A stretch of 64,000 bases of DNA from Okamejei kenojei (Eukaryota): the NCBI GenBank assembly GCA_035221665.1, contig CM069163.1, forward strand, positions 19,778,001 through 19,842,000. Reading direction: 5' to 3'. A program made the position numbers and the translations under genes. The notes under the pieces were generated by a model, which was not told the origin of the DNA, searched no databases, and saw nothing but the letters and a program-made list of their open reading frames with translations. Of this stretch, positions 36,601 through 48,500 are shown one piece after another; position 1 is the stretch's first letter; each line of letters begins with the position of its first letter.

Positions 36601-37308
36601 GGCTGGGATTGGGTCTGGAATACCAACGTTCAGGAATATTGCTGCCAGAACTGGGGTCGTCAATACTTGCATATTTAAAAACAGAACCCACTCGAAAATA
36701 CTACATAAACGTAGAACAGTACAGCACAAGAACAGACCACTTGCCCCATAATGTCCATGGCCAACTTGATGCCAAGATAAACCAATCTTCTCAGCCTTCA
36801 CATCCACCTGCCTATCCGAAAGCCTCTGCGTCCAGCACCCTGTGTTCCAAGCACCAATTGCTCTCTGTAAAAAAACTTGCCCTGTCCATCTTCTCTAAAC
36901 TTTATTCCTCTAACCTTAAAGCTATTGTCTTCAGTGCTGGACATTTCTACTCCAGGGAAAAGGATCTGACCGTCTGCACTGTCTATGCCTCTTATAATTT
37001 TATATACTTCAATCAGGTCTCCCCTCAGCCTCCAATACTCCAGAGAAAAATATCTAAGCTTATCCAACCTCATAACTCATGCCTGTTAATCCAGGCAGCA
37101 TCCTGAGAAACCTTTTCTGCACCCTCTCCTAAGCCTCCACATCCTTCCTGTAATGGGACAACCATGCAAACATAACATGTAAAAAAAAAGTGAAGTGCGC
37201 TGGAGTATAAATGTTCTGAAAAAACTGCAGAGCCACAGAAATATGTGGAAATAATGAATATAAAGCTGGATTGTACTTACTGTTCATCTTTCTCCTATAA
37301 ACGGTCAT
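29052..37308 (-). CDS. LRR gene B: uncharacterised type I membrane LRR protein, 5 coding exons, about 1017 aa if one frameshift is corrected
   Basis: Exons 37281-37308, 35184-35306, 33681-34533, 31604-32062 and 29052-30643. [42 protein letters not shown] (signal and LRRNT), LRRs, NPWECSC...[10 protein letters not shown]...C (LRRCT), [25 protein letters not shown] followed by RR, long tail. Confidence 0.8.
30830..31370 (-). mobile_element. CR1-like LINE fragment in a gene B intron
   Basis: Same CR1 3' motifs on the minus strand. Confidence 0.6.
31604..32062 (-). CDS. LRR gene B exon (end of [17 protein letters not shown] and juxtamembrane tail)
   Basis: tttgcatcctag|GG ... AGAG|gtaata; 459 nt. 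Confidence 0.82.
33681..34533 (-). CDS. LRR gene B LRR/LRRCT/stalk exon with apparent frameshift near 33766
   Basis: [55 protein letters not shown]; 853 nt (3n+1) between two phase-1 junctions. Confidence 0.88.
35184..35306 (-). CDS. LRR gene B exon (signal peptide and [19 protein letters not shown])
   Basis: cccttttgtgtctctcaacag|AT ... CCAG|gtaagt; 123 nt. Confidence 0.88.
36710..37165 (-). mobile_element. CR1-like LINE fragment
   Basis: [30 protein letters not shown]. Confidence 0.75.
37281..37308 (-). CDS. LRR gene B first coding segment (MTVYRRKMN)
   Basis: AACA|gtaagt donor, phase 1 matching the signal-peptide exon; in-frame TGA upstream; exon acceptor probably at 37404 or 37446. Confidence 0.65.
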
Positions 37309-38642
37309 TTTACAGAATGGAATTCCATCAGCTTCTCCAAGACCGTTTCAGATCTGTTCTCCACCGTCTGCTGCTTCTGGTGATTGGTGTCTGATGGCAG
37401 GCACCTGGGATTCTCAATAACTACAGCATTTATTCTCAGATGGTCTCTGCTTCAGTGCAGATGTTAATGAGCCATGTTACAAGATATAAACATTAACAGT
37501 GTTGACAACCCCTAGAGCGGCAGGAAGGCGGGCAAATTGGGACTGGGCATGAGATGACATGTCCGGATATTCCTAATTACTTTAGTTAATGAGTTAAATA
37601 ACTGATCAGAACCTCAAGGAGCCTGTAGCAGGAATCTGAAAACTTTAAGAGCAAATAGCTCTCCCACGACACTGTTTAAGATCGTTGCTTAGTTGCTAAA
37701 CTGAGCTGTCTAAGATGATAACTATCACTATCTGACGTACATACCTAGTCAACTTTATCTATTTAATGGTAGTTCCTCGCCATTTTCTCCACATCACTTC
37801 AACCATAGGAGAGAGTTTGTCCTTTCTAATAACATCAATGGACTTTGCGGATAATCGAGTACAAGATTGACTTTAAAGCTCTTTAGTTCAGATTCCCCAA
37901 CAGAGAAAAGTGCCTTATCTGCAGGGGGGACCCACCACAATCATGATTTGTCCAGTCAGCGTGCATGTCAATGCTGAGAACTATGTATATTCTGCACTCT
38001 GTATCTTCCCGTTTGCTCTATCTATTGTACTTGAGTTTAGCTTGATCGTATTATGTATGGTATTTATCTGATCCAATTGGACAGCATGAAAAACAAAGCT
38101 TTCCAATGTACCCCAGTACACGTGACAATAATAGATCTGAAAGCTCAAGGGAAACTTAAAAAAACTAACCACCAAAATGATTTAACTAACTTTTTTTTTT
38201 GCAGATGTGAGGACGGAGGGAAGTAAATGTTGATGTTGCGGGGCAGTGAGATTGAGTGTGATGAGAGGAGGTGGGGGAGAAAGAGATTAAATGTTCCTGG
38301 GCAGTTTGATCAGGATTTTATCTCAATTACCATATGTTGAAGGAGACTTTAAACAAAATCACTGCACAACACATTCCCCAGAAAGCCATACTTGCAATTT
38401 TCAAAGTTACTTTTTTATTGAAGCAAGCATACACATGTAGTCAGGAGAAGAAATTATGAAGGAAAAGCACAGGCCACATTAAAGGCACAGTATATTTCAA
38501 CCAAAGCAAATCATTTATTGCAAAGTAATACAGAAATTACAAAGAGAAACAAAAAAAAAATCACAAAACAGTTCCAACTCTTGCCTGTTACGATTAAGCA
38601 TACGTATTCATTAAAATTTTAAGGAAATACTAGCATTTTTCT

Positions 38643-40667
38643 TTTTTTTTGTAAAATATTTTTATTACAAGTAATTACATATTAAGAAGAAATAATATAA
38701 AATCAAAAAATATGTTATTCGTCACATACATTCTTAATATTTTTAAAATTTACAGTCAATCTTATTTATACTTCTATATATTTTTTTAATTTTATAACAG
38801 TAGGAAATAAAGATAGGTAATAAAAAGAAATAGAAATAAGAAATAAATAAAATGAGTGGAGTATTATTTTTTTAATTTTATAACAGTAGGAAATAAAGAT
38901 AGGTAATAAAAAGAAATAGAGAAAGAGATAAATAAAATGAGTGGAGTATTAAACAAGATATTCTTCATTGGAGATATATTCGTGATCTATTGTATATAAT
39001 TCTTCATCTATTCCTTCATTCAGGCTTCAGTCATGGCACGAACCGGACCACCTTAACCCTTTAAATATTCAATAAATGGAGACCATATTCCTCTGAATTG
39101 ATCTAACCTGTCCATTAGGACAAGTCTTAATCGTTCCAGGTGAAGTGTCTCCGACATTTCTGTAATCCACATTTTGATTGTAGGGGATATGGGACCTTTC
39201 CAAAATCTTAGTATTAATTTTTTACCAATTATTAAACTATAACCAATAAAAATTAATTGTTGTGTTGTTAGTATCTGATACGTTTCTAATATTCCCAACA
39301 TAATTAATTTTGAGTCTGGAATTAAATTTGCATTAACTACAATTGAGATTATCTTAAAAATTTCTGTCCAAAAATTAGTAATTTTTGTACATTTTGTGAA
39401 TGAATGCGTTCGATTAGCTTCTAATTGTTGACATTTATCACATATAGCAGAAACATTTGAGAAAATTCTGTTTAATTTGGATTTTGAGAAGTGTAATCTA
39501 TGTATAACTTTAAATTGTATCAAGGAGTGTCTGGCATTTAATGAGCAGTGGTGTATATGTTGTAAACTTTCATTCCATACTTCTCTACTAATTACTTGAC
39601 CTAGTTCATTTTCCCATGCTTGTCTATATTTATCCGTATTTGGTAAATCATTTTCCAGTAAAATATTATAGATATATGATATTAATTTTTCTGTATTCGG
39701 ATGTTTATTTAGACATTCATCTAAAATTTCTGTCTTTCTATTCCTAAAATCTAGTGCATTTGATTTAACATAATCTCTAATTTGTAGATATCTAAAATAT
39801 TCTTTGGATATTTTGTTGTAATTCCTGAAAAGAGAGAAATAAACTTTCCCTGTAGAGATCACCAATCTTATTTATTCCATAGTTCTTCCATTTAAAAAAA
39901 CCTTTATCCATCAATGAAGGTTTAAAAGAAATATTGTTTACAATTGGAAGAGCTAGTGGTGTATTCTGTAATTTCAATGTTTTTTTAAAATTGTTTCCAA
40001 ATACGTATACCACTTTCTATTATTTGGTTTCCTCTATAAATCTTCTTATGTATTGTAGCGTTAGCAAATAAAATCAAGCTAATTTCGAAAGGTAAACAGT
40101 CTTCCTTTTCCATTTTTAACCAGTTTGGTTGTCTATCTAGTTCTTCCAACCAGAAATTCATATTTTTTATATTAACTGCCCAATAATAAAACATAAAATT
40201 AGGCAATGCAAAACCTCCATTCATTTTTGATTTACATAAATGCTTTTTAATTATTCTATGGTTCTTATAATCCCAAATAAAATTGGTAAACATAGAGTCC
40301 ACTTTCTTAAAACATTTTTTAGGAAGATATATGGGAATCATTTGAAACAAGTATAATAATTGTGGAAGAAAAATCATTTTTATCGCATTAATCTTACCTA
40401 GCATTGAAATAGGTAATGTTTTCCGATATTGAATATTCTTAAGTAATTTATTCAATAAGGGTGGTAAATTAGATTTAAATTAAAAAAATCATATATTTTT
40501 GTTACATAAATTCCAAGATATTTAATTTTTTCATTTGCAATCTTAAAAGGGTATTGTTGTAATATATGTAAGTTATTTCCCATTATTGGCATAAGTTCAC
40601 TTTTATTCCAATTAATTCTATATCCTGAAAACGATCCAAATTGAGTTATTAAATCTAACAAGTTAGG
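38643..40667 (-). mobile_element. 5'-truncated L1-clade LINE (end of RT, C-terminal domain, 3' UTR, poly(A))
   Basis: Frameshifted ORF2 pieces (FGSFSGYRINWNKSE, GKINAIKMIFLPQLLYLFQ, HSLIQFKVIHRLH); AATAAA at 38661-38666; 17-bp TSD aatactagcatttttct at 38626-38642 and 40668-40684. Confidence 0.9.
38781..38951. repeat. Tandem duplication (about 86 bp x 2) inside the L1 3' UTR
   Basis: tttttttaattttataacagtaggaaataaagatagg...aatgagtggagtatta repeated. Confidence 0.85.
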
Positions 40668-41165
40668 AATACTAGCATTTTTCTAATACTCTTTTCAAAC
40701 CTAATCACCAATGAAAATTATTTTCATAATTAAACATCTTCTACTATTAACATGATAAAAATTCAATTCACCAGCCCTTGCCATAATAATCAGTGAATGT
40801 GGCATGCTGACACAGGTTAGGATAAATTTGATCAATTATAGTCCTAACATGAGCAACTGTCTACATTCAAGAGGCAAAGTCCTTTTCTAGTTGACCTGCA
40901 AGTTTGACATAACTGCTTTAAAGCACAAATGAGGCAATTATTTGTGATCACAAAATGACTGAATTATTGTAAAGACACATCTCTCATACCACAGTAAAAC
41001 ATGTCTGCTGTCCTTAACCAATCCGGAACATATGTGACTTTTGCCTCAACAGCTTAGCTCCTCAACACAACACAGAGCCTCAACAGCAGCAAATGGGCAA
41101 ACGCGTTACAGTTAATGACACCAGATCCCATCAATGAATACAAATTGTAATCATGAACCACTCAC

Positions 41166-41272
41166 CGTATGTTGAAAAGTGAAGTGGTTCTGGGCTTAGG
41201 GCCGCTGCAGCTCATTGAATCTGTTGGTGAATGGCGACGTGCGGATGCAGAGTGGCCATAGGGTTTGTTCAC
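41166..41272 (-). CDS. Candidate linker exon between LRR genes A and B (VNKPYGHSASARRHSPTDSMSCSGPKPRTTSLFNIR)
   Basis: cttttgtcctcagtgtcactag|GTG ... ATACG|gtgagt; 107 nt, open in phase 0 to 2; could instead be a non-coding 5' UTR exon of gene B. Confidence 0.45.
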
Positions 41273-41970
41273 CTAGTGACACTGAGGACAAAAGCTGCCA
41301 AATCGGCTAAGATTCTTTTTCTAAAAAGCCAAAAATTTACCTAAAAATTGGGAGGAGCCATTTAACTTCAAAATATGTTAAAGATTTGGGCACATGCTGA
41401 AGACTTCACTCAAGATTTTGACATTTTGAAAAGTAAAAAGTTTATTATTACTAGAATAAAGAAACACTCACCCTCACATTTTCACTTGCCTGATAATGTC
41501 CTATATACTCTGCAGCTTATTCTCTCTTGTATGCTCCAACTCTGCTCGAGTCTTTTGATATTTCTCTGCACTGGGGGTAATTTACAGTAGATATTTGATC
41601 TATCAGTGTGTCATTATGGTGTGGGAGGTAAGCTGAGTACCCAATGGAAAACCATTATGCTCCCGTCAACCATCACATTTTGACTGAAACGTACAAGATC
41701 CTGAAGAGATTGAATCTGAAGAAGGGACTCGACTGGAAATGTTGCCTGTCCATTCCCTCCACAGATGCCAAGTTCGTCCAGCATTTTGTGTTTTGCTCAA
41801 GATCCTCAAGGATCTGGGTGGGTCCTGGAATGTCCACTTGTGGGAGACTCTACAACAAAGGGTTTAAATACAAAGGGAAACCTGAGGCAGAGATGAGGCT
41901 TATTTTTCCTCTGAAGGCAAGGAGTGTTTGCAAATCTCTTTCTCACAGGACAATGGAAGCAACATTTTTT

Positions 41971-44094
41971 TTTTCACTTACATTTTTATTGATTTTTAAG
42001 AGATATTTTCAAAACAGTGCAACGCCATCACCATAAATAAAACAAAGTAAGAAAAATAGCAATCAAAATAAGAAAATAAGTAGATGGGGGGGAAAAAAAT
42101 AAAAAAAATAATAAATAATAAAATAAATTGGAATAAGACCATGTGGTTCACTTACCAATTTTAAAAAGAAAGAACATTACATTGATTAGTTATCTGGAGA
42201 TAATTCAACATTCATACAAACATACCATCTAGTTCTATATAACGCAATCTTCCCATATCTAGCTCGGCATTTATCTAATTGGTGTCATGGCTCAAATAAA
42301 CAGTCCATTTTTCCCAGATCTTCTCAAATAAATTCTCCTTGACTCTCAAGGAATATGTCAATTTCTCCATATTAAAGATGTCTCGCACAATTTCTAACCA
42401 CTGTTCCTGTTTTGGACTTTTTTCATTAAGCCACTGCCTGGTAATTGCCTTCTTACTTGCTGCAAGCAAAGCTTTAATCAAATATGTATCTTCTATTTTT
42501 ACACTATCTTTAATACACCCCAGATACATCACAGGGCAGGTATTTGGGATTTTATAACCCAAGATATTATTTACAGCTGCATTAACATTTTCCCAGTATG
42601 GCCTTATCTTTGCACAGTTCCAGAAAATATGCGAGTGGTCTGCCTCCGTACTCCCACACAGCCTCCAACAGTGTTATTGGACAGCAAGTTGTCTGCTTTT
42701 TATTTTGGGTGTTATAAAAAAGCGAGATAGATTCTTCCAGCAAAATTCTCTCCATACTAGTGAGCCTGTGGATGAACATTGTGTTTCACACATTTGATAC
42801 CATTCTTCTTCTGTTATTTGAATCTTTAATTCTGCTTCCCATTTTGTTTTTATGTAGAGCGTTGATTCTCCCCCGCTTTCCACCAGAGCTTGGTAGAAAG
42901 CAGAGATGACCCGAAACCCCTTCTGTTTGTATGCATCCACAATCACCTTGATCACATTATTAGAAGTGTCATCTAGTTCTGGCCTTATCTCTTTTATAAA
43001 GTAGTCTCTTAATTGCAAGTATCTAAAAAAATCTTTGTTTTCTTGGAAGCTCATAAACTTGGCCATTTTCTGAAACTGTATACATTGCCGTTATGCCTTT
43101 TTGTGCCCATTCTTTGAATTTTGAATCATACACCCCTGGCTTAAACTTTGAGTCATATGCGAACCACTTCAATGCGTGAACCCCTCTTTTTAATTTGTAT
43201 TTTCCACATAACATTCCATATTTCTAACGTAAATGCTACTATTGGATCCATAGCATGTCTCAAAGCCCCTCTCAGATATTTGTCTCCCACCAAAATCTGG
43301 GTCTGGTAACCCTGTATCTCCCTTTCCATTTCTTTCCATCGAGATTCATAATCAGGTCTACACCAACAAGCCAGAGGTCTGAGGTGAGCTGCATAAAAGT
43401 ATTTCTTCAGATTTGGTAAAGCCATTCCACCCTTGCTTTTCAGCAGTTGAAGTGTTGTTAGTTTTATTCTTGGTTTTTTGCTATTCCAAATGAATCTAGA
43501 GATCATTTTATCCAAGGCTATGAATTTGTCTCGGGGAAACATTAATTGGGAGAGATTGGAATAAATATAGTAGTTTAGGTAGGATATTCATTTTTACCGT
43601 TTGTATTCTGGTACTGAAGTCTAGAGGAAGGGTTGACCACCTTTCAACATCCTTTTTGATGTTTTCTTCAATTTTGTTACAATTAGTTTCAAACAATTTG
43701 GTAAGTGCTTTGGTTATAGTTACACCAAGATACTGCATCGTTTTAGAGTTCCATTTCAGATTATATGCATCTCTGATTTGTTGGGATGGAGAATAATTGA
43801 ATGAAAGAATTTGTGTTTTTGTTATATTTAATTTATACCCTTAGTATCCATATGTTTCAAATAGGTTCATTAGATTTGGGAAACATATATCTGGTCGTTC
43901 AAGAAAAATAATGATATCATCAGCGAAAAGACCAATTATATGTTCTTTCCCCCCTATTTTGACCCCCTGCAGGTCTTCTCTCTGCCTTATTGCTTGTGCT
44001 AAGGGTTCAATATACAAAACGAAGAGAGTAGGAGAAAGACAGCATCCTTGCCTTGTGCCCCTCTCTAACTGGATCCTTTATTGATATGTTTCCA
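41971..44094 (-). mobile_element. 5'-truncated L1-clade LINE of a second family
   Basis: [11 protein letters not shown] and GLFADD RT motifs, [32 protein letters not shown]; 16-bp TSD ggaagcaacatttttt at 41955-41970 and 44095-44110; TT/AAAAAA endonuclease site. Confidence 0.9.
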
Positions 44095-44478
44095 GGAAGC
44101 AACATTTTTTAATATTTGAGGCATTGGCGGATGTTCGATAAGCAAGGTTGGATGGTTACCAAAGTTAGGCAACAAATGTAGAGGCGAGATTAAATAACGT
44201 TAGCCATGACGCTATGAATTGAAAGAGCAGGATTGAGAGTCTAATCCTGCTTCCAATTCACACATTTACATATTCATTTGCACATCTTCTAAACATTTTT
44301 TTCACATTTTAAATGGTGCAGCCGTATCATAATTCAAACCATCCCAAGGACTATCAGGAGGATAGTCATTGTACAACAGAGCACTTGACACAAATGGGCA
44401 GACTTTCAGCCGAAGAACTGAGGCTCACATCAAACTTGCCATCTAAATCTACAAACAATGGCCTGAAAGGTATTACAT

Positions 44479-45581
44479 TCAATGGGTTATTTTGAATCGC
44501 TGGCTTTGTTTCCATCGTTCTCTGGTACGGCGTCCTTGATTTTCCACAATTTCATGCAGAAGATTAACATATCCATACTCGCTGCCCCAGGGCAGATTAT
44601 CCCTGGTTGGCGAGCCTGTATCATCTGCTGTTTCACTGTTTACTGTGGCTGGATCACATTCTAAGCCAGGAAGTGTCACAGCCTGAGGGTTCAATTGGCC
44701 TTTTTTCACTCTATCCTCATCATTCTTTTGCCTCAAATCCTTTCCTCGACCACCCACAAATCCTCTTTTGACTTGCGAGATATTTTTTTGATTTCCATCT
44801 TCCTCAGGCATTTCACTTTCCCTGCCATATTGTCTTTCAGTCACACTGCTCACCGCACTGATTGAATCACACGTCTCACCAGCATCTTCTTTACTCACCT
44901 TTGCTCTTGCCGTTGAATTTCTCTCTGCATCATGCCTACCATTCTTCACTGTCGTAGTTACAGCTTGCTTCGCCGAAGGATTCACATTTGTGCAATTGAT
45001 GCTATCATCAGTTGCCACTTTGGACAATGGTACAATTGTTCCTACAGGTTTGTCGTTCCCATTCCTATCCCATTTTGTTGCATAGAACCCTTCCTGGTTC
45101 TGGGCCAATGCTTTTGAATTGTTCACTGTTCCATCATCAAGAACTCCAGCAGACTGACTTACAAAGACTGTTGAGGATGGATCACAAGTTTCCTGGCAAG
45201 GACTGGCATTGCACCTTAATTTTTTCTGTTTACTCCTGACCATCTTGTCTTTTTCACTCTCCCATTCCTCAGTCAAAAACTGAGACGTTGATGCATTTGT
45301 ATTTGATATCTCTTGATTGTAACGTGTTAATTCAGCCAGATCCTTGCGAGCAATTTCATTTACCTGATGAAGCCCTGCTCTTGCTTTATGTTTTTCGTTC
45401 CCATCCTCTCCAGACATTGAATTAATTGACTGACCTTCAGCATTAGAATTTTCTTCTCGGGACTCCTTTTCTGGGTCACTTTCCTGTTTTTTGCTTGTTT
45501 GCCTTCCTGGTATGATCTGCTTCTTTTCTTGTTTCCTTTTCAAAAGCAGAAGAACTAGTAGAAGGGGAATGGAGAGCAGCC
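44479..45581 (-). CDS. LRR gene A exon 5 (TM and about 350-aa low-complexity cytoplasmic tail)
   Basis: ttctcag|GG CTG CTC; 375-aa ORF; tail ends EYGYVNLLHEIVENQGRRTRERWKQSQRFKITH*. Confidence 0.85.
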
Positions 45582-48500
45582 CTGAGAAAGCATAGTGAGA
45601 ACGCATAGGTTAGAGCGGAAATGTAAAGACCCTTCCATCACTTTCCTGGAAAAGGAACTAGGGGCAGAAAGGAAAACTTGCAAAGACTTATGTTTCACCT
45701 CCAGCACATGGGATAAAATGGACAGAACAAAGCAAACATCTTCTTTTCCCGGTGCCATTGGCATTTGGGCACAGTGCCATTTGGACAAAGTGAATGCAGC
45801 AAAGAGAGGCAGGGACATCTGCCCATCCCTGTGCCATTCATTATGTGCACTCCAATCCAATGGCTCCAAGAGGAGAAGATGGAAAATTTGATTTCACCCC
45901 TCACTTTCACTGAAAAAAGAACTCTCAAAATTGAAAATAAAAAATTTGCAATGGTGGGGAAGAAGCAGATCAGATACTAACTGATGATTGAACTGGTTTG
46001 TCCATTCCCGCCAGCTAATGTGTTATTCACAGGGACATGGAAACAACTGATGAAAAATTCATTGTTACATTCAAGTTCACCATAACTGATAACCAAATGA
46101 GTTTAAAGGAAATGTTACACAAAGTCTAACATACAATAAACATTTGTAAAACATACCTAGCAGCCCGGGTAATTTAGGAAGCAGTTTCGTAGAAGGAAGG
46201 TGTTGATAAGGCTGGATTGTACTTGTGGTTGTCTCACAGCCAAAATCAGATATATTCCAGACTGGGGTTCCTAGCAAGTTGGGAGGGTCAAGGCAAGTAA
46301 CAGAATACTCGTCGTCAAGAATAGATTTATTCATAAAGTCTGGAAATATTAAAGGTCAAATTATTTAGATAGCTGTAAGGGAACACTATAAAGATACATT
46401 AAAAATAAAAACAGCAAACTCATCGGGCATTGATATGGACAGAGAATTAGGACTTCACAACAACACCATCAACTTGCACAGATGTTGCCTCAACCTGTTG
46501 AGTATTTCTAGTACCTACAATATTTTGCATTTGGTTTCCCATTCTTTCAAGATATATTCATACCTACATTTATGTCATTGACATAACATAATTCATGCAT
46601 TTTTGCATTTATTCAAAGATTATACAAGAAATGGAAGCATGAAATAGCTAAACAGCACTTCCCTGCACAATGAGATCTTTTACCTCGAAACCAGTTACCT
46701 CACCAATCTCCATATTTCTTGGTTCCCATAACATTCAAATATTGCTAAATTTGAACCCTAGAACTGCTCATTATTTAGCAAAATATATTATATTGAAACA
46801 CATTGTTAATCTGTTAATATGGTGGAAGAGCAGTACAACAATTACCTCACTGAACTAACTATTTAGAAGAAGGAATGAATGATATACAAGTTGAGTTCAA
46901 ACCTCAACATGGCACCAAGGAGTATTTCAAAATCAAGATCTTTAATTTAATACATCGGAAATAAATATCAATAATTGTGATCATCAATAAATTTGGTCAT
47001 AATTACAAAATTATCTTTCCATTCTTATCTGGCCAAGATTCCATGCAGCCAGGCAGGATGATACAACAGGCAGATGCTGGAATCTTGAGCAAAACACAAA
47101 GTGTTGGAAGAATTCAGTGGTTCAGGCAACATCTGTTGAAGGAAATGGACAGACAACATTTTGGTTTGGGACCCTTCGTCGGACTGACTGGAGTGGAAGT
47201 GGGGGGGGGGGGGGGGGGGGGGGGGGTTGGAAATGGAAGAGAGGTAAAGAGGTGGGGACGAAGGGGTGATGCTAGATCGGTGCAGTAAGTGACAAAAACT
47301 CAAGGTGAATTGGAGACAAAAGTGTGTCAGATAAGGAGGAGTGAAATGTGAAGCCAGAGGGTGGGATATGTGTGAAAGGAGGAGGGTGGGTGGGGCAGGA
47401 GGAGGAGAAATAAGGGGAATAAAAGGAAAATGTGGGATGCAGGGATGGGAGATGGGTATACAAAGGAGAGGATCTAAGCAGGGCAACTGGTGGGTGGGAG
47501 AAATAGGAACACATTCGGGTGGGGAAGCTACATGGGAAAGAGAGGCTTAGGGTTGATATAGCTTAAAATTACACAATTCATTGTTCATATCATTGGATTG
47601 TAAGCTGCCCAAGAGGAAAATGAGGTGGCGTTCCATCAAATTACATGCAGCAATGAAGGAGGCCCATGGACAAACAAGTTGGCATCGGAATGGAAAGGGG
47701 TGTTAAATGGTTCACGACCAGGAGCTAACTACGGGATATGATAAAATATCTCTACTAAGGTTGACCTGAAGTGACCCAGAAAACAATCAATTGTTCCGAA
47801 GCTTTATGTTTCGTAAGAATAAAGATGGGAGAGGCCTCCTTACATGGATATTAAATCATGCTCAACTGCTACAGTTTTGCCATCGAATGCTATATATTTC
47901 AAACACCAACAATATTTTGCACTTTAATTTCCGATTCGGCACAGATTGTAGGAAGTCAGCAAGAATCACATAATGTCCATTAAAAGAAATTACCTCTGAG
48001 TAAGATTGCCAAATCAGCAAGTTCACAGGAGCAACACCAAGGATTGCCCTGGAGACCCAGCCTCTTGGGATGAAAGTCTACAAATGTCTGTATCCTCAGC
48101 AAGGACAGGTTATTATTGGAAAGATTAAGGAAGGACAGCTTCAAATTATTCCTGAAACTCTCGTCTGCTATGGTTCTAATCATATTTTGAGAAAGATCGA
48201 GTTCAGCCAGATTGGTAAAGTTGGATAGGGTGGTCACATCAATGGTGCAAATTCTGTTTCTGACCAAAGAAAGTTTAACCAGCCTTGCAGGGCTGGTGAA
48301 CCAGGAGGTACTGATGGTAGACAGTTTATTATTGTCTAGAATCAGGACAGCTATGCTGAGGAAAGAATTGAAAGCTCCTTGCTCGATACTTGTGACATCA
48401 CTGTCGACGATTGTTAAGTTGGTGACGGAGGAGAGGCTTGAGCTGTTGAACATGGTGCTGTTGATAGGTCCAATCCCACTCCCCACTTTGAACAAAAGGT

